Shown here: one piece after another, positions 37,730-50,700 of the stretch | Layout of the letters: each line of letters begins with the position of its first letter | Numbering within the stretch: the stretch's first letter is position 1 | NCBI GenBank assembly: GCA_951406725.2 | Contig: OX597815.1 | Coordinates: 168,578,001-168,642,000, forward strand | DNA from: Octopus vulgaris | Taxonomy: Eukaryota | Length of the DNA: 64,000 bases | Direction of reading: 5' to 3' | Notes under the pieces: generated by a model | Database searches by the model: none | Seen by the model: the letters and a program-made list of their open reading frames with translations, nothing else | What the model was told of the DNA's origin: nothing | Program-made: the position numbers and the translations under genes

Positions 37730-38245
37730 GATAAGACACATCACAGACGAATCGTGTAAGAAGACACAACAACTACACGCAGTGAAAAATTTGAAGAAGG
37801 ATTTGAACACACAGTGAAAAGTATTAAAAATCCTGAAGTAGGATTTGAACTACACACAGTGAAAGATAATATACACACAGTGAAAAATATATAAATTCTA
37901 TTGAAAAAAGATTCTGAAGGAAAAAATGTCTGATAAAACTGGAACTCTAACACAGAACTGAACTACACACAGTGAAAAATAATAATAATAATAATAAGTG
38001 CCTGTGAAAGTTTTTAGTTAGGTTGGTCTGTGTTGGTACCACTACTGGTAAACAATGTAGACTGGTACAACCTGCAGCATTCTGAAGAGAAAATTAATTC
38101 TGTGTGGAAGAAAAAATCATAATAATAATAATAATAAGTCCGTGTGAGAGATTTTAGTCAGGTCACTATGTGTTAGTACCGCTACTGGTAAACAATGTAG
38201 ACTGGTATTACCTGCAGCATTCTGAAGAGAAAAATAATTCTGTAA
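37730..38245 (+). repeat. Array of ACTACACACAGTGAAA sub-repeats followed by a two-copy tandem unit of about 140 bp
   Basis: About 5 copies of (A)CAC(A/G)CAGTGAAA at 37773-37978. CTACTGGTAAACAATGTAGACTGGTA..ACCTGCAGCATTCTGAAGAGAAAA occurs at about 38042 and 38182. Confidence 0.8.
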
Positions 38246-39854
38246 AAAATCATCATCATCATCATCATCGCTTGACGTCGGTTTTCCATGCTAGCATGGG
38301 TTGGACGGTTTGACCAGGGTCTGGGAAACCAGGAGGCCGCACCAGGCTCCAGTCTGATCTGGCAGTGTTTCTGATCTGGCAGTGTTTCTACAGCTGGAGT
38401 GCCCTGGGTGCTTTTTACGTGCCACCGGCACAGGTGCCAGGGGAGGCTGGCAACGTCCACAATCAGTTGGTGCTTTTTGCGTGCCACCGGCACGGAACCC
38501 AGTCATGGCGGCGCTAACATTGGCCACGTTCGGATGATACAGACAACAAAGTATACAATGATGCTTAATATACCAAAGGAAAAGACAGATGAGAGTGTGA
38601 GGTTTTGAGTGGATATCCTTTATCAAAGAATAGAAAAAGAACTGAAAGGCTGGTGAAAGAGAGAAAAATACATGATGCCAAAAGAGATGTCTGTTCATAG
38701 GGCAGGTCTCAGGTAGAATGAAACCTGGAGCTCAATAACAACAACTCATATGGGCCAAGTCAGTTTGTATGTAGTCATTTGACCTGCTAGAAATAGTAGC
38801 TAAGTCTCTTTTTAAAAAATAGCATATTAGGTGATGTAGCCCTTAGATTCTTCTAAAAAGACAATGTTTACAACTGTAATTTTTTGATAAGTCTGCATGG
38901 TCAAGGTTAAACAACAATGACATCTTATGGGCATAAACAGGATTTCAGCTTGGCTGAGTTCATATTTCTTAAAATCAAAAACCATCAATACCCATATAAA
39001 TTGTGGAAAACACAAAATTGAAATAGATGTCATGAAATATTTGCATGGAGGTACCACAAGGTTCATCTGAAAATATTGACATTCAGTTATAGATGTGTAT
39101 TTGATTATACTGTTGATTTTTATCAAGCTAGCATTACATTAGCAACATGTGGCCAATGATTAATGATTAGGTGTGTAATTTCAACTGATTAAAAATTCTT
39201 AGGTTTATACCATCAAGTATGTCAATCCACATTTAACTACATGTTCTTCATGTAGAAGACATCCCTGTGAAATTTTAAATTGTCTAATCAGTGAATAATT
39301 TCCACTAAAAAACTACATTCTAAGATCAGATAGATATGTGTTAGACCCCATTCCAGATTTAGAAGAAGAGAGGCACAAGAGAGGGGCTCTTTCCAACAGG
39401 CCTAAGGCAGTGTCAAAAATATGGAAGACCCCTAGATTTTGAGGCTCTTTATTTCAGTTTTAAAATCCTGTAGTTAAATATGGCACTGTTTAAACTATAC
39501 TCCTCATTGCATGTCTCCACTTCATTTTCAATCAATTTTTTAATATTCAGAAGTTCTTTCCCTTGCTTTCTTTGGCATGAATTGTCATTAAAATTATTGA
39601 CTTTTCTTCTCATTATGGCTCAAGTTCCAGCAGGTTAAAATTTCTTTTGGCTCACTATATCATGTATGCTACATCATACTTTAAATATTCTTTTATATGC
39701 ATCTAAATCTAAATTCTAACTCTGGTTAAATGTCTATGCCATCAGATGTGAGACCCATAAAGGGTGGCATGCTGCCCAGTTTAACATCATCATCTGGTCT
39801 TTAACTGCTTTTAACACTAGTTCTCAACCATTTTTTTTAATCTATGGACCCCTT

Positions 39855-40536
39855 CAGTGTTGGTTTGTGTATATGAACTGCAGCACTCCCTATTTCCACT
39901 CAATATTATTGATAACATTCAATATAATGAGTCCTTTTTTGCTTTAATTCTTTCTTTATACTTGTACATTATATAATCCTTAAGCTCAATGTCAGTAGCC
40001 ATCCCATAGTTTATAGAAAAAATACAAAAATCCTTGTATAGAATTGTGCACCTCACAGTTGCAGTAACGCAGTGTTTGGCTGTCGTGCACATGCTCACAT
40101 GTCTGAGATAGGAAGCTTCACACTAGGGAGAGAGAGCACTGTGTGAATGACAGTGCCAGGTGAAAGGTAGTATTTCTTTCTGACTCCACATGTGTTGTGC
40201 TTAAAAATGTGTTTATACTTTTGAATGCAATAAAGTGCAGAATTAGATTATCATCCTGCTTCCAGCTTCAGTGTTGCTGGGAATTGAAAAATAGGGCTCA
40301 TTCCCCCCGCTTATTTTGTGATTGAAGTGGGATTTTTAAAAAACAAGGTGGAATTCGCAGCGGTCTTCAGCGAACAAATTAAACAAACTACCCAGCAGTG
40401 GCTAAAACGCGAACCGATAAAGTTCACGTATAAATTTTCTTTTTATATGTTTGTTTCCTTATAGACAATATTAAAACGACGGCTAAAAATTTTCTGAAGC
40501 AGCATCCCCACTAATTTTATCGACGAGCCGCCACTG
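39855..40536. mobile_element. hAT-type element with 8-bp TSD, nested in an older hAT-like MITE (about 39815-40775)
   Basis: Ends CAGTGTTGGTTTGT / ACGAGCCGCCACTG; flanks GACCCCTT / GAGCCCTT (7 of 8 match). The host begins TAGTTCTCAACCATTTT. Confidence 0.6.
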
Positions 40537-42945
40537 GAGCCCTTTGATTCTTATTTCACTCTGAGGGACCCTCAATGGAGCCATTCAATGGAGCTATTCA
40601 ATATTTAAAACATTCTGTGAAACCATTCAATGTTTAAAATATTCTATAGTATTTTTATTATTAAAAAATATTTGGTGTATTGTAGAAGTATACGCAATTT
40701 ATTGCTCATAAATTTTAACAAAAATTCTTATATAGGTCCCCAAGGATCATGTGAAGTCTGACTGCAAACCATTGCTTTAACAAGATTCACTAAATTACAA
40801 GCATTCAGACCAAACAACACTGACGAATCGAGAATCAATTCCTCACGGTAGTTTCTCTCTCTCTCTCTCTCATACACACATTAAATCCCGCCAGAGTCAA
40901 CATCTTTCTCTAGTCTTTCGGGATCGATAAAAAAAGAGTATGCTCGCCCAGGGCAGTGGATTGGTTGAACTGTAAAATTGTAACGTTCTAAGTTCAAATC
41001 ATGTCATAGCATACTTCTGTGGTAAGACGAATCAGTCGATTTGTCGCCAGGGTGAACAAAGTCTACTGGCACTGTGCCTTTAATAGAATCTGTTCTGTTG
41101 CGAGCACTTGAGCCAGATATTCAGGTGGAAGACAGCTTCGACTCTCTCTCCTACCAGCCTTAGAAAACTTCTTAAGGATCAAAAGATCTTAGACACTGCC
41201 TTCTCTTCTGACTAAAAAAAAAAAAAAATGTTTATGCCATGCTGGGCATGGACCGTATCAGTCACACGCATATGGGAAGTCATGAGTAGCTACTCTTCCC
41301 TTCTTGCCCCCAACTCATAAAATAACAAAATATACACAAACATGAATTAGCTTATATCATGGTAGAATCATTTTAGCCATAAAAGAAATTCTTGTATTCC
41401 ATTTCAATATATTTTATAATACTATAGCATATATCAAAGTCTTTCGTTGTACATATATAACCTGATCACTATATACAAATATTAACATGCGTACTAGATT
41501 TAAGGGGTCGTTACGCACCTCAATAAGGGACCAATCCTACAATCTTTACCATTCTCAATATTTTTCTTAAATTTGTTTAACGTATATCAAAAAGTAAATT
41601 ACATCTAGAACTTCTCAATAAAATAACAAATATAAAATATCGTGAATTCTTCTCCTGTATATCGTCTATTTGGTTCTTTTGGCTGTTGTTTAACACTAAT
41701 AGAAGCATTCCAGCTGTGGACATCTCGTCTTTTTTTTTTAAATGTTCAGAGAACTAAAGACACATTACCCAATCAACAATTTAAGAGGTTTGGCTGCTAT
41801 TTCTTGCAGGTCGAGCAAGCGCTTAGAGGCTCTCCTGCTGGCTCATTTCCATTCGGTCATTTAATACAGTGTGTCTAATATATCACTGTCAATGTATTTC
41901 ATTCATTACAGCAGCTGCTGTCTCTGCTTTCCTCTTTCTCTCGGCAACAGTGTCTGTCCTCTATGGCTCTGTCTTTCCGCAGTAATGTAAGGTCAATTGT
42001 CACCTCTCTCTCTGTACCTGCTTTCCTCACCACGCTGCTGTTATTCGGTTTCCCAGAGACATTTCTTACATACATAAGCGAATCCAACTTCGAGCGCACA
42101 CATACATATACACCCACAAATATACGTACATAGATACGTACACATGTATTCACGCGTATATATATATATATATCATCATCATCATTTAACGTCCGCTTTC
42201 CACACTGGCATGGGTTAGATAGTTTAACTGGAACTGGTAAGCCGGAGGGCTGCACTTGGTTCCAGTCTGATTTGGCATGGTTTCTACATGTGTGTGTGTA
42301 TGTGTGTGTGTGTGTGTGTGTGCATATGTATGCATGTATACATATATGTATGTATGTATGTTATGCATGTATGTATGTATGGTGAGAGAAATATAATATA
42401 TATATATATATATATATATTAATTAATAAGGGTGAGAGAATTAGATACTAATTTAATAGTATATCTATTCAACACCAAGTTATATATATATACACTCATC
42501 TACACACACACACATATATATATATATATACACGACAAAAGAAAAGAAATTATGTCATGAACTTCATTAGCTTACAGCTGTTTCTGCTATAAGATGCAAT
42601 GCACTCATAGTTTGTGTATCATCCTAAAGCTGCATCAGAACTACAAACATGGGTCTTGAATGCAAAGAACTTGAAAAATTCTGGAAAGACATGAAGCAAA
42701 CATGCTCTGTTGAATATACAATGTAAGTGTGCATGAATGACACAGTACAAATGTGCTGAGATGAAAACTGGGCATAAGGAGAACTAAATGTAGTGTGCAA
42801 GAAAAAAAATGATTGGGCTGGTATGCTCATATCATGTCTGGTTGAAGACAGCTGTATAAAGTAATGTGGACAGAGCTTGTGGGAGAGGAGACCAAGGAAG
42901 ATATGGGATAAAGTGATGAAGGCTGACCTCAGAACTTTGAACTTT

Positions 42946-43178
42946 AAGGCGGCAAGCTGGCAGAAATGTTAGCACACCAGGCAAAATGCTTTCTGGCATT
43001 TTGTCCGCCGCTGCATTCTGAGTTCAAATTCCGCCGAGGCCAACTTTGCCTTTCATCCTTTCGGGGGCGATAAATTAAGTACCAGTCACACACTGGGGTC
43101 GATGTAATCGACTTAATCCATTTGTCTGTCCTTGTTTGCCTCCTCTATGTTTAGCCCCTTGTGGGCAATAAAGAAATA
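42946..43178 (+). mobile_element. Full-length SINE family A with 12-bp TSD, inserted in an old RTE 3' fragment
   Basis: TSD AGAACTTTGAAC at 42931-42942 and 43179-43190. The left flank encodes GRGRPRKIW..V.K.DL (RTE C-terminus). Confidence 0.9.
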
Positions 43179-43759
43179 AGAACTTTGAACCTCAAGTAGA
43201 TAAGGAACTCAAATGACTGGTTATATGCAGCTCATGAGAAGACCTACCCAACTCAGTGAAATTAAGTTCTGGAAGTGTTGTGTGTGAGTGTGTGTGTGTA
43301 TGTGTGTGTGTTTATGTGTGTGTGTATGCACAAGTGGGCCTTTTGCTTATTTTGTTCCTAAGACACCCCATTACCCTCCATCTCTCTAACTGCATTTTTT
43401 TCCCTTGATGCCACTAATCTTTCTCACAAGCTAGGACCATTTTACTTGATATCCCTCCTTCATTCTTAATAATGCCCTCTCTTCCCACATTTTACATTGA
43501 CCCCATCCCCTCAGTCTCAGATCACTAATTCATCTCACAATCACACCTTTTCCACCATCAGGTGTATCTCACTCTCCCCATGTACTATGCCTGCCTTTCT
43601 CTCTCACCCACAAACTCTTATAACCCACACAACTATTTACCTTTCCGTCTCTCACCCTTCCCCTGTCTACCGAACCATCATTGTTATTCTGCAGCACATC
43701 ACATCCATCATCATTGGTCACCCCACCCCACTCCTTATCCATCATTCATTACATACAAA

Positions 43760-44402
43760 AACACAAGCAGAGTTTAAAATTCACAACAGCTCTTTCAGCA
43801 GTTATGATATTGATGAATACTTTGATTACATCATGACAAAAATTCACTATCTTCAGGTGATTTTAGACAAATAACTAGATAGATAGATAGATAGATAGAT
43901 GGTGAATTTAAGTTGACCAGTTGACCAAGTTACATGGCAAAAACAAATGAAGTTATCAGAGGAACTGTAGAATTTATAAAATTGCTAGTAAGACCTGTAA
44001 GGGCAAAGTTCAAAAACCATTAAATTTCTTAGATCATTATCTGACTTACTTTATATCCTTAGTGAGGATTCAGGAAGCAGATTGTATAATATAAGAGAAA
44101 ATAAGATAATATAACAGAAGAGGAATATCCACCCAGATCAATGTAGATAACATATCAGACAAAATCTTATAAAAGAATAGAAAATAAGATAAAGTAACAT
44201 GAGAAGTGTCCACACCAGATCAATGAAGATAACATATCAGATGAAATCTTGTCTGATATGGTCAACTTAAATTTTCCACCTATCTATCTGTTTGTCTGTT
44301 TAAAATTACCTGAAGATAACAGATTTTTGTCATGGTGTAATTGAAGTATTCAATAAAATACTGCTGAAACTGTCATTATGAATTTCAAAGTCCACTTGTG
44401 TT
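43760..44402. mobile_element. Old foldback/MITE-like element with about 150-bp diverged TIRs and an internal tandem duplication of about 80 bp
   Basis: 43762-43918 mirrors 44260-44400. CCAGATCAATG.AGATAACATATCAGA occurs at about 44133 and 44215. Confidence 0.7.
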
Positions 44403-44704
44403 CTTCCTTAATATATGTGCTATACTTAGAACCATCCTGAGGCCAGATCTATAGTTTGTATTTAGATTGGGCACATGTATATGTATACATACATTTGTCT
44501 ACATGCACTCACAGCTGGATTGATATGTAGACATGTATACACATACTTGCAGGATACAGCCAGCTAACAACAACTGAATATTGCAAGCCCAGTACCTGAC
44601 CTTTCCCAACATCACACACAAATGTTTAGATTCTGATGAATCCTGCAACTGAATATGTGTGTGTGTGTGTGTGTGTCTACATACATACATACATACATAT
44701 ATAT

Positions 44705-44900
44705 AGGGAAGGTTTACGAAAATAAACAAAAGACGAAGGCAGGTGGAGTACAAACTAACAATTGTATTAGTATGGCACTCAGGAATAGAAATAAAACAAG
44801 TCTTTTACGTTTCGAGCTTACGCTCTTCGACAGAAAGATACACATAAAAGAAACAAGGAGAGAAAAAAATGCGTGTAGGAGCTAACAGTCCATCATGATG
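44705..44900 (-). mobile_element. Second Penelope-like terminal fragment with a variant hammerhead-like motif (44801-44838)
   Basis: Minus strand TCTTT-CTGTCGA-A-GAGC-GTAA-GCTC-GAAA-CG-TA-AAAGA. Confidence 0.55.
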
Positions 44901-45849
44901 TTCTAAGCTTGAGATGACGCATTCAGCAATGCTAGTAAGGTATAACTGAGATTTTGAAATTATGTACGCACACTAAATGCACTCAACTAGGTCCCTCATC
45001 TAATCGCCCTCTTAATCAATGGGGTCTCTACCTTGAATCACTTCCTATAGACATCCATCTGTCATTCTGACCATCATTGTCACACAACTTATACTGGTTT
45101 CAAATTTTGCCACAAGGCCAGTAATTTAGGGAGAAGGGCTAAGTCAATTATATCAACCCCAATCAAAAGGATGAAGGGCAAAGTCAACCTCTGTGGTTGA
45201 CTTTGCTTGTAAGGACAGATGAAATACTGCTAAGCATTTTCCCCAGCATGCTATCAAATCTTCCAGCTCACTGCTCATATCAACTATCATTTTTACTATC
45301 ATCCCTATTGCCATTTTTCAAATCCGTCTCTCACTCTTTCCCAAACTCTAGCAGCCTTAACTTCACACCTCTTCTTCATATCACCCATCCCTTTATCACT
45401 CTCCTATCTACTATTCTACTGAAGTGAATAATGAAAGCAGAACCTGTTCTTACATGCTATATAATATCACCATTTTATATATCATATATTTTCTAACCGA
45501 TGTAAGCATGGGAAAAAAAAGATATACATATATGTGCATATATATGTTATATATCATGATCATTTTAATGCCCACTTTTCCATGCTTACCTGGGTCAGAT
45601 GGATTTTATTCAAGTAGATTTTCTGTGGCCAGATGCCCTTACTATTACCAACTGTTTAGTCCATTAACAGAACAGGAGGAGATGCACGCATGGAATGGAG
45701 AGTCATTGAAGAGGTCACAGGATACATGATGAAAGATTTAAGCCAAAAGGCACTAAAATAGGAATGAAGATAAAGTTGAAGTGAAGAACTAGTATATAGT
45801 GCATGTGGTTAATTAGACAAAAAATATGACCTTCCCCAAATATTACAAT

Positions 45850-45989
45850 GTATGTATATGTATATATATATATATATATATATACTGAGAAAAAAAGTCA
45901 TCAGAATTTTGGGAAAAAATCCTTTTATTTCTTCATTATTATTTCTGTACATCACACCTAACACTCTATGCATACATACATATACACAC

Positions 45990-46021
<32 letters not shown>

Positions 46022-46115
46022 CATACATATATTATGTATGTGTGCGTTATATATAATGTACTTATATCTACATACATATATTTATGTGTATGTATGTCTA
46101 TATATGTACATTATA

Positions 46116-46188
<73 letters not shown>

Positions 46189-46485
46189 TAGAGAGAGAGA
46201 GAGATAGATAGATAGATATACATATATTATGTATGTGTACATTATATATAATGTAGTTATATCTACATACATATATTTATATGTATGTATATATGTGTAT
46301 GTATGTCTATATATGTACATTATATTATTTATATATATATAGATAGATAGAAAGAAAGATATATATATATATATAGATAGATAGAAAGAAAGATATATAT
46401 ATATATATTACATACACACATACATATATACAATGTACATATCTCTACATACATATACACATGCATATATTTATGTGTGTGTGTA
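45850..46485. repeat. Complex TA/CA/GA/GATA microsatellite block with an internal duplication
   Basis: Read directly; 46022-46130 recurs at about 46220-46340. Confidence 0.9.
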
Positions 46486-47429
46486 TTATTCCTCATTATA
46501 AATTCCATTAATAAAATAGAAGCTTGAATAGTAAATGCCAAACCAGTATTACATTTAGAAATAACACACAAATTAATAATAATTTGTATCTTTATGAACT
46601 TCTCGTTGGGTTTCAGCTTACTAATTAACACAATAGAGATAAGGGAAATTTAATCATAGCTGCAAATGGGATTATCACAGTTTTTGTGTGTCTATGTGTG
46701 TTTCATGTATATCAACTGTTATCCCTAGACATTTACATCAGTGAACTATATATCTGTAACGGGGTACTACTTGTCTAGAGTTAGTGCAAAGGATAAAAAA
46801 AAAAATAAAGGTATTTGAAATGTCACAGGAATTTGGTAATAAGCTTCTAACCCCTCCCCCCCATAAAATATAATGAACAATTCCTTTGGCTATTCCTCTT
46901 TCACTTCCATTTTCTTCGTCCTTTTCCTTTTTTTTTCTGGGTTATGTTGAAATATGAGAAAGTGAGGAGGAGGGAAAGAGGTAGGGGTTGGGGAAGTTGA
47001 GAAATAGTAAAAGACAGTGGTTTTTTTTTTCAAGGGCGAATTTGATGCAGTTACTCTGGTCCAACTAAAATATATTAAGAGCTTTCGTTTGTGAACAGTA
47101 GTAGCCATATACGTAGTTTATTCTGTTGGAAATAATCAACTTTTATCTTGATGTTTTTTTCTTTCTCATGAAACTATAGATTTTTATTTTATGCAAATTA
47201 ATTTTTTTAGTTCTATGAAATATAATGGAAAAGGGGTTTAACATAATTTTAAATATCTAATGTGTTGGAGAATAAATAAAAAATAAAATTGTTTACGTGA
47301 GCATAAACAGTTGATATAACGATGTGGTTTTGTTTTGTTTTCTTAATGCATTTTCAATATAAATATAAAGAAAAAAAAAATCAAAGAAAGAGAACGCTAC
47401 AAAGAAAATTGATAAGAAATGTAAATCAG

Positions 47430-47790
47430 AGTAACGCGTCAGCTCGACAAACGAAACGAAACAGTTTCTTAACAATTCCCCATTTTCGTATTTTCACTGA
47501 TGATTTTGATGTCAAATATACCGTATTTCACTTATCAATTGAATTCAGAAAGCGACGCGTACGTTAATATTGCTTCTAAAAATATATCAGATTATTTTAA
47601 ATTATAAATGTAGAACTGAACTTAAAAACTGAAATAAAAGATTAAGTCGGTTGGAGGTGGAGGAGGAGGAAGATGATAGATCGGCCATCTTTCTTCTTAT
47701 TGCTAGGTGAGTGTATGAGGTCGCTCTTTGCGTCGTCTTACTCGTTTGGCACTCTCAGATATACCACTTAATAGAGCCAAAGGTAAGCTA
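47430..47790 (+). promoter_or_regulatory. Promoter and non-coding first exon of the Gly/Met-rich gene; two alternative donors
   Basis: CpG-retaining unique sequence (ACGCGT twice), YY1-like GGCCATCTT at 47683-47691, donors TAG|GTGAGT after 47706 and AAG|GTAAGC after 47782. Linkage to the exon at 57288 is inferred. Confidence 0.6.
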
Positions 47791-50700
47791 AGCAATTATA
47801 CATTTTTAAATTTTATTTTCGTTACTTTTAGGAAGATACTTGAGAAAATTGTTTGCGTTTTCATTTTCTTCTCGAAATAATCTATGCGTTTGTTTTGGTT
47901 ACTTGCGATGCCGGGCTCGGTTTTTTAATATGCATGATTAAAAACTGGAGTAAGTTTATGTTGGGGGGCATTAGCTATGTTGTGGCGGCGGGGAAAAGAA
48001 AAAAATCAAATTAGAAAAAAATCTCGGGTTCGTTTATCTTTCCGATAGCTTTTTAATAACTTTTATTCATTCAGTTTTACCTAGAATTCGTAGTGTGTTA
48101 CAAGAACTTTTAAGTAAATGCTGTCCGCCATAGTCTATTTCAACCACATGCAAGCAGGTAAGGTAGAATTAGTGAGATGAGGAAAAAAATCAATCTTAAA
48201 ATTCCGTGTGTGTTACGGTGATTATACACTAACATATTTAAAATATATGAATTAGTTCCCCGATTCTGATTTAAACAATCTTCAAATTCCCCCTTTTTCT
48301 CTGATTTTTTTGTCTTTTTTTGTGGGAAGACATCGGTGAAAGGCTTTCCCTTCATCTCCCTCACACCATGACGCACGATTCTTAGGTGTATGAAAGAGAT
48401 GTGTGTTCTTTCTTTAGTTATAATTATGAGGACTTATTAAATGCTATCTGCCTCACTTTTTGTTTCCTCCAACTTATTTGCTGTCGTTTTTCTATTGTTA
48501 AAAGGTTGACTATCCTGTTCCGCTCCCCTATCTCGTCATTCTTCATGCTACCTTTCCGATGTAAACCTTTATTATCAGTATAATTATTATTATCATCATC
48601 AGATCAGATATTTCTTTTATTGTAGTTCATAGATTTAGTTTAAAATCAATTTTTTAAAAAAGTAATGAATTAATTGCATTTTATTTATTTTACTTACCTC
48701 TTTTTTTCCTAATGCATACAGCACATTTTAAGAAAATATTTTTGTAATGTATGTATGCTAATTGAGGTATGAAATTAGCTGAGTGGACTTGAAACTGACC
48801 ACGTAGAAAATAAGTGTAATTGATTACCGAAGGTAACTGACATATCTAAATGCAATGTTTTTTGAAATTTTTAATTTTCAAAAATAAAATAATAATTATG
48901 ATTGGTGATCAAAGGAAAGTTATATATCGATCAATTTAAAATCGATGGTTGTTCAATGGCTTGTTAAAAAGTATTTAAATGCAAATTTCAAAAAGTTGAC
49001 TTCTTTAATTGTTTTCGTTAAGCGATTTAAAATAAAAAGCTATCTTGAACTCATAGATAATTGTCTTTTTTTTTAACGATTTTTTTTTTCTTTCATTTAA
49101 TCGCCACGAAAAAAAAAGGGGGAAAAAATTAAATCACTGCAGTGATTCATGTTCTGATTGAATAGATGTCTCGTCTTGATATCGATGTGGCTGAGGTTTA
49201 ATGCATTGGAATGTGTCCTCAACATAACGATGTTTCTGGACGTGTCTTGGCCATAATTTTGTATTTTAATGTCTTGCCTGTTGTGACCAAGGCTCACTAT
49301 TCTATTAATTTAATGTAGTTATGTTCTTCGAGCATACCGAAGAAAAAAGTATTTTGATTTTATTTTAATCCAGTTTAATAACGGTATCTTACAAGCGGGG
49401 ATAAACGGATGTACAGGACTTAAATTTTATTTATTCTCTTTCTATTTTATCTCTAGTCCACCCTGCAGAACCAATAAAATTGTCTTGTAATATAAAACAC
49501 GTTAGTCAATTGTCTCTCCTCCCTCTCAAGAAGTGTCTTTTGTTTAAAGTGTGCAAGTGGGGGTGTAATCAACATTATTATTAATTCAGTTTGAAATGTT
49601 ATTAATATAGATTTCTTACACGCACACAAACTGTATAGATATGAGGGTGGGAGTTTATGATGTTCATGTGCTTCTAAAGGTGTCAGTAATAGAAATAGAG
49701 TATTGGAACATATAATACGAAATGTCCATTTAAAATACAAGTTTACAGTACTTTTAATTGGGATTTTAAAATGTATGATTCTAAATGTGTATTTGACATG
49801 AAAGATAATGAGTAATTTAAGACAACAATTTTTCCGGATGAATGAAGCTTTCTCCATTGTCTGGTTCTTGTGTCTACTTGTATGTTTGAAGGTTTTTCTG
49901 TATTACGTGTGAAGTTTAAACAAATTGTCTCGACGTTGAATTAAGATTATGTAGCTACGTTTTTTTATTTTTTTTTATTAAGTCTAACATGTTGGCATTT
50001 TATGCAAGTAAGGCTTATTTTATTTCATTTTTGTATCACCATCTCCAAGCAATAAGAAAAAAAAAATCTTTGGAAAGCTCAGTACCTAATTTGCTAAAAG
50101 AAAGTACGAAGAAAAAAAAAATTAAGTTATTCAAAAATTCATTTTGATATTTAAAGGGTCAGAAAGTGTATACTATACTCAAGTGTTAGAGCTAGCTAAC
50201 TCAAGCTCTTTCCATTACAAATTCAACTCTGTTGTACTATAACATCACCCCACTTCATAAGTCTAAGAAAGATCTGAGGTTTTCTTAGACTAAAGATAAG
50301 TGCTCTTTACGAAAACTTCAGTTATTTTTACCTTATTTACATTTTTCAATGTTAATTTGAAATATAGCATGCAATAATCTAATTTGTTGCCTAGCAGTAT
50401 TTGATATATAATAGACGGTTCTGAATATGTACCATACATATAGTCATAATTTTTGTCTTTTTTTTTAAATTTCCCTAAACCTAATTATGTTACTTGTAAT
50501 TGTTTTAAATTTAATTATAGGCATATATGATTTTTATAGAAAGTTCTAATGCTGACATTACTGTGGGGAAAAAATTTTTTTTTTTTTGAAATTTGGGTTT
50601 TCTTCCTTTGTATTAATGCTAGAAAGAATTAAAAATTTCATCACATTTATTATCTTGGCAAAATTTATTGTATTTTAACAATACGTCAATGTATTCTGCT

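Noticed and set aside
37730-37980. CRISPR-like repeat-spacer appearance
   Set aside because: Eukaryotic context, short degenerate repeats, related spacers of irregular length, no cas genes.
38827-39126. 99-aa minus ORF with an acceptor-like TTTTCAG
   Set aside because: No recognisable homology, no partner exons, and other frames are closed.
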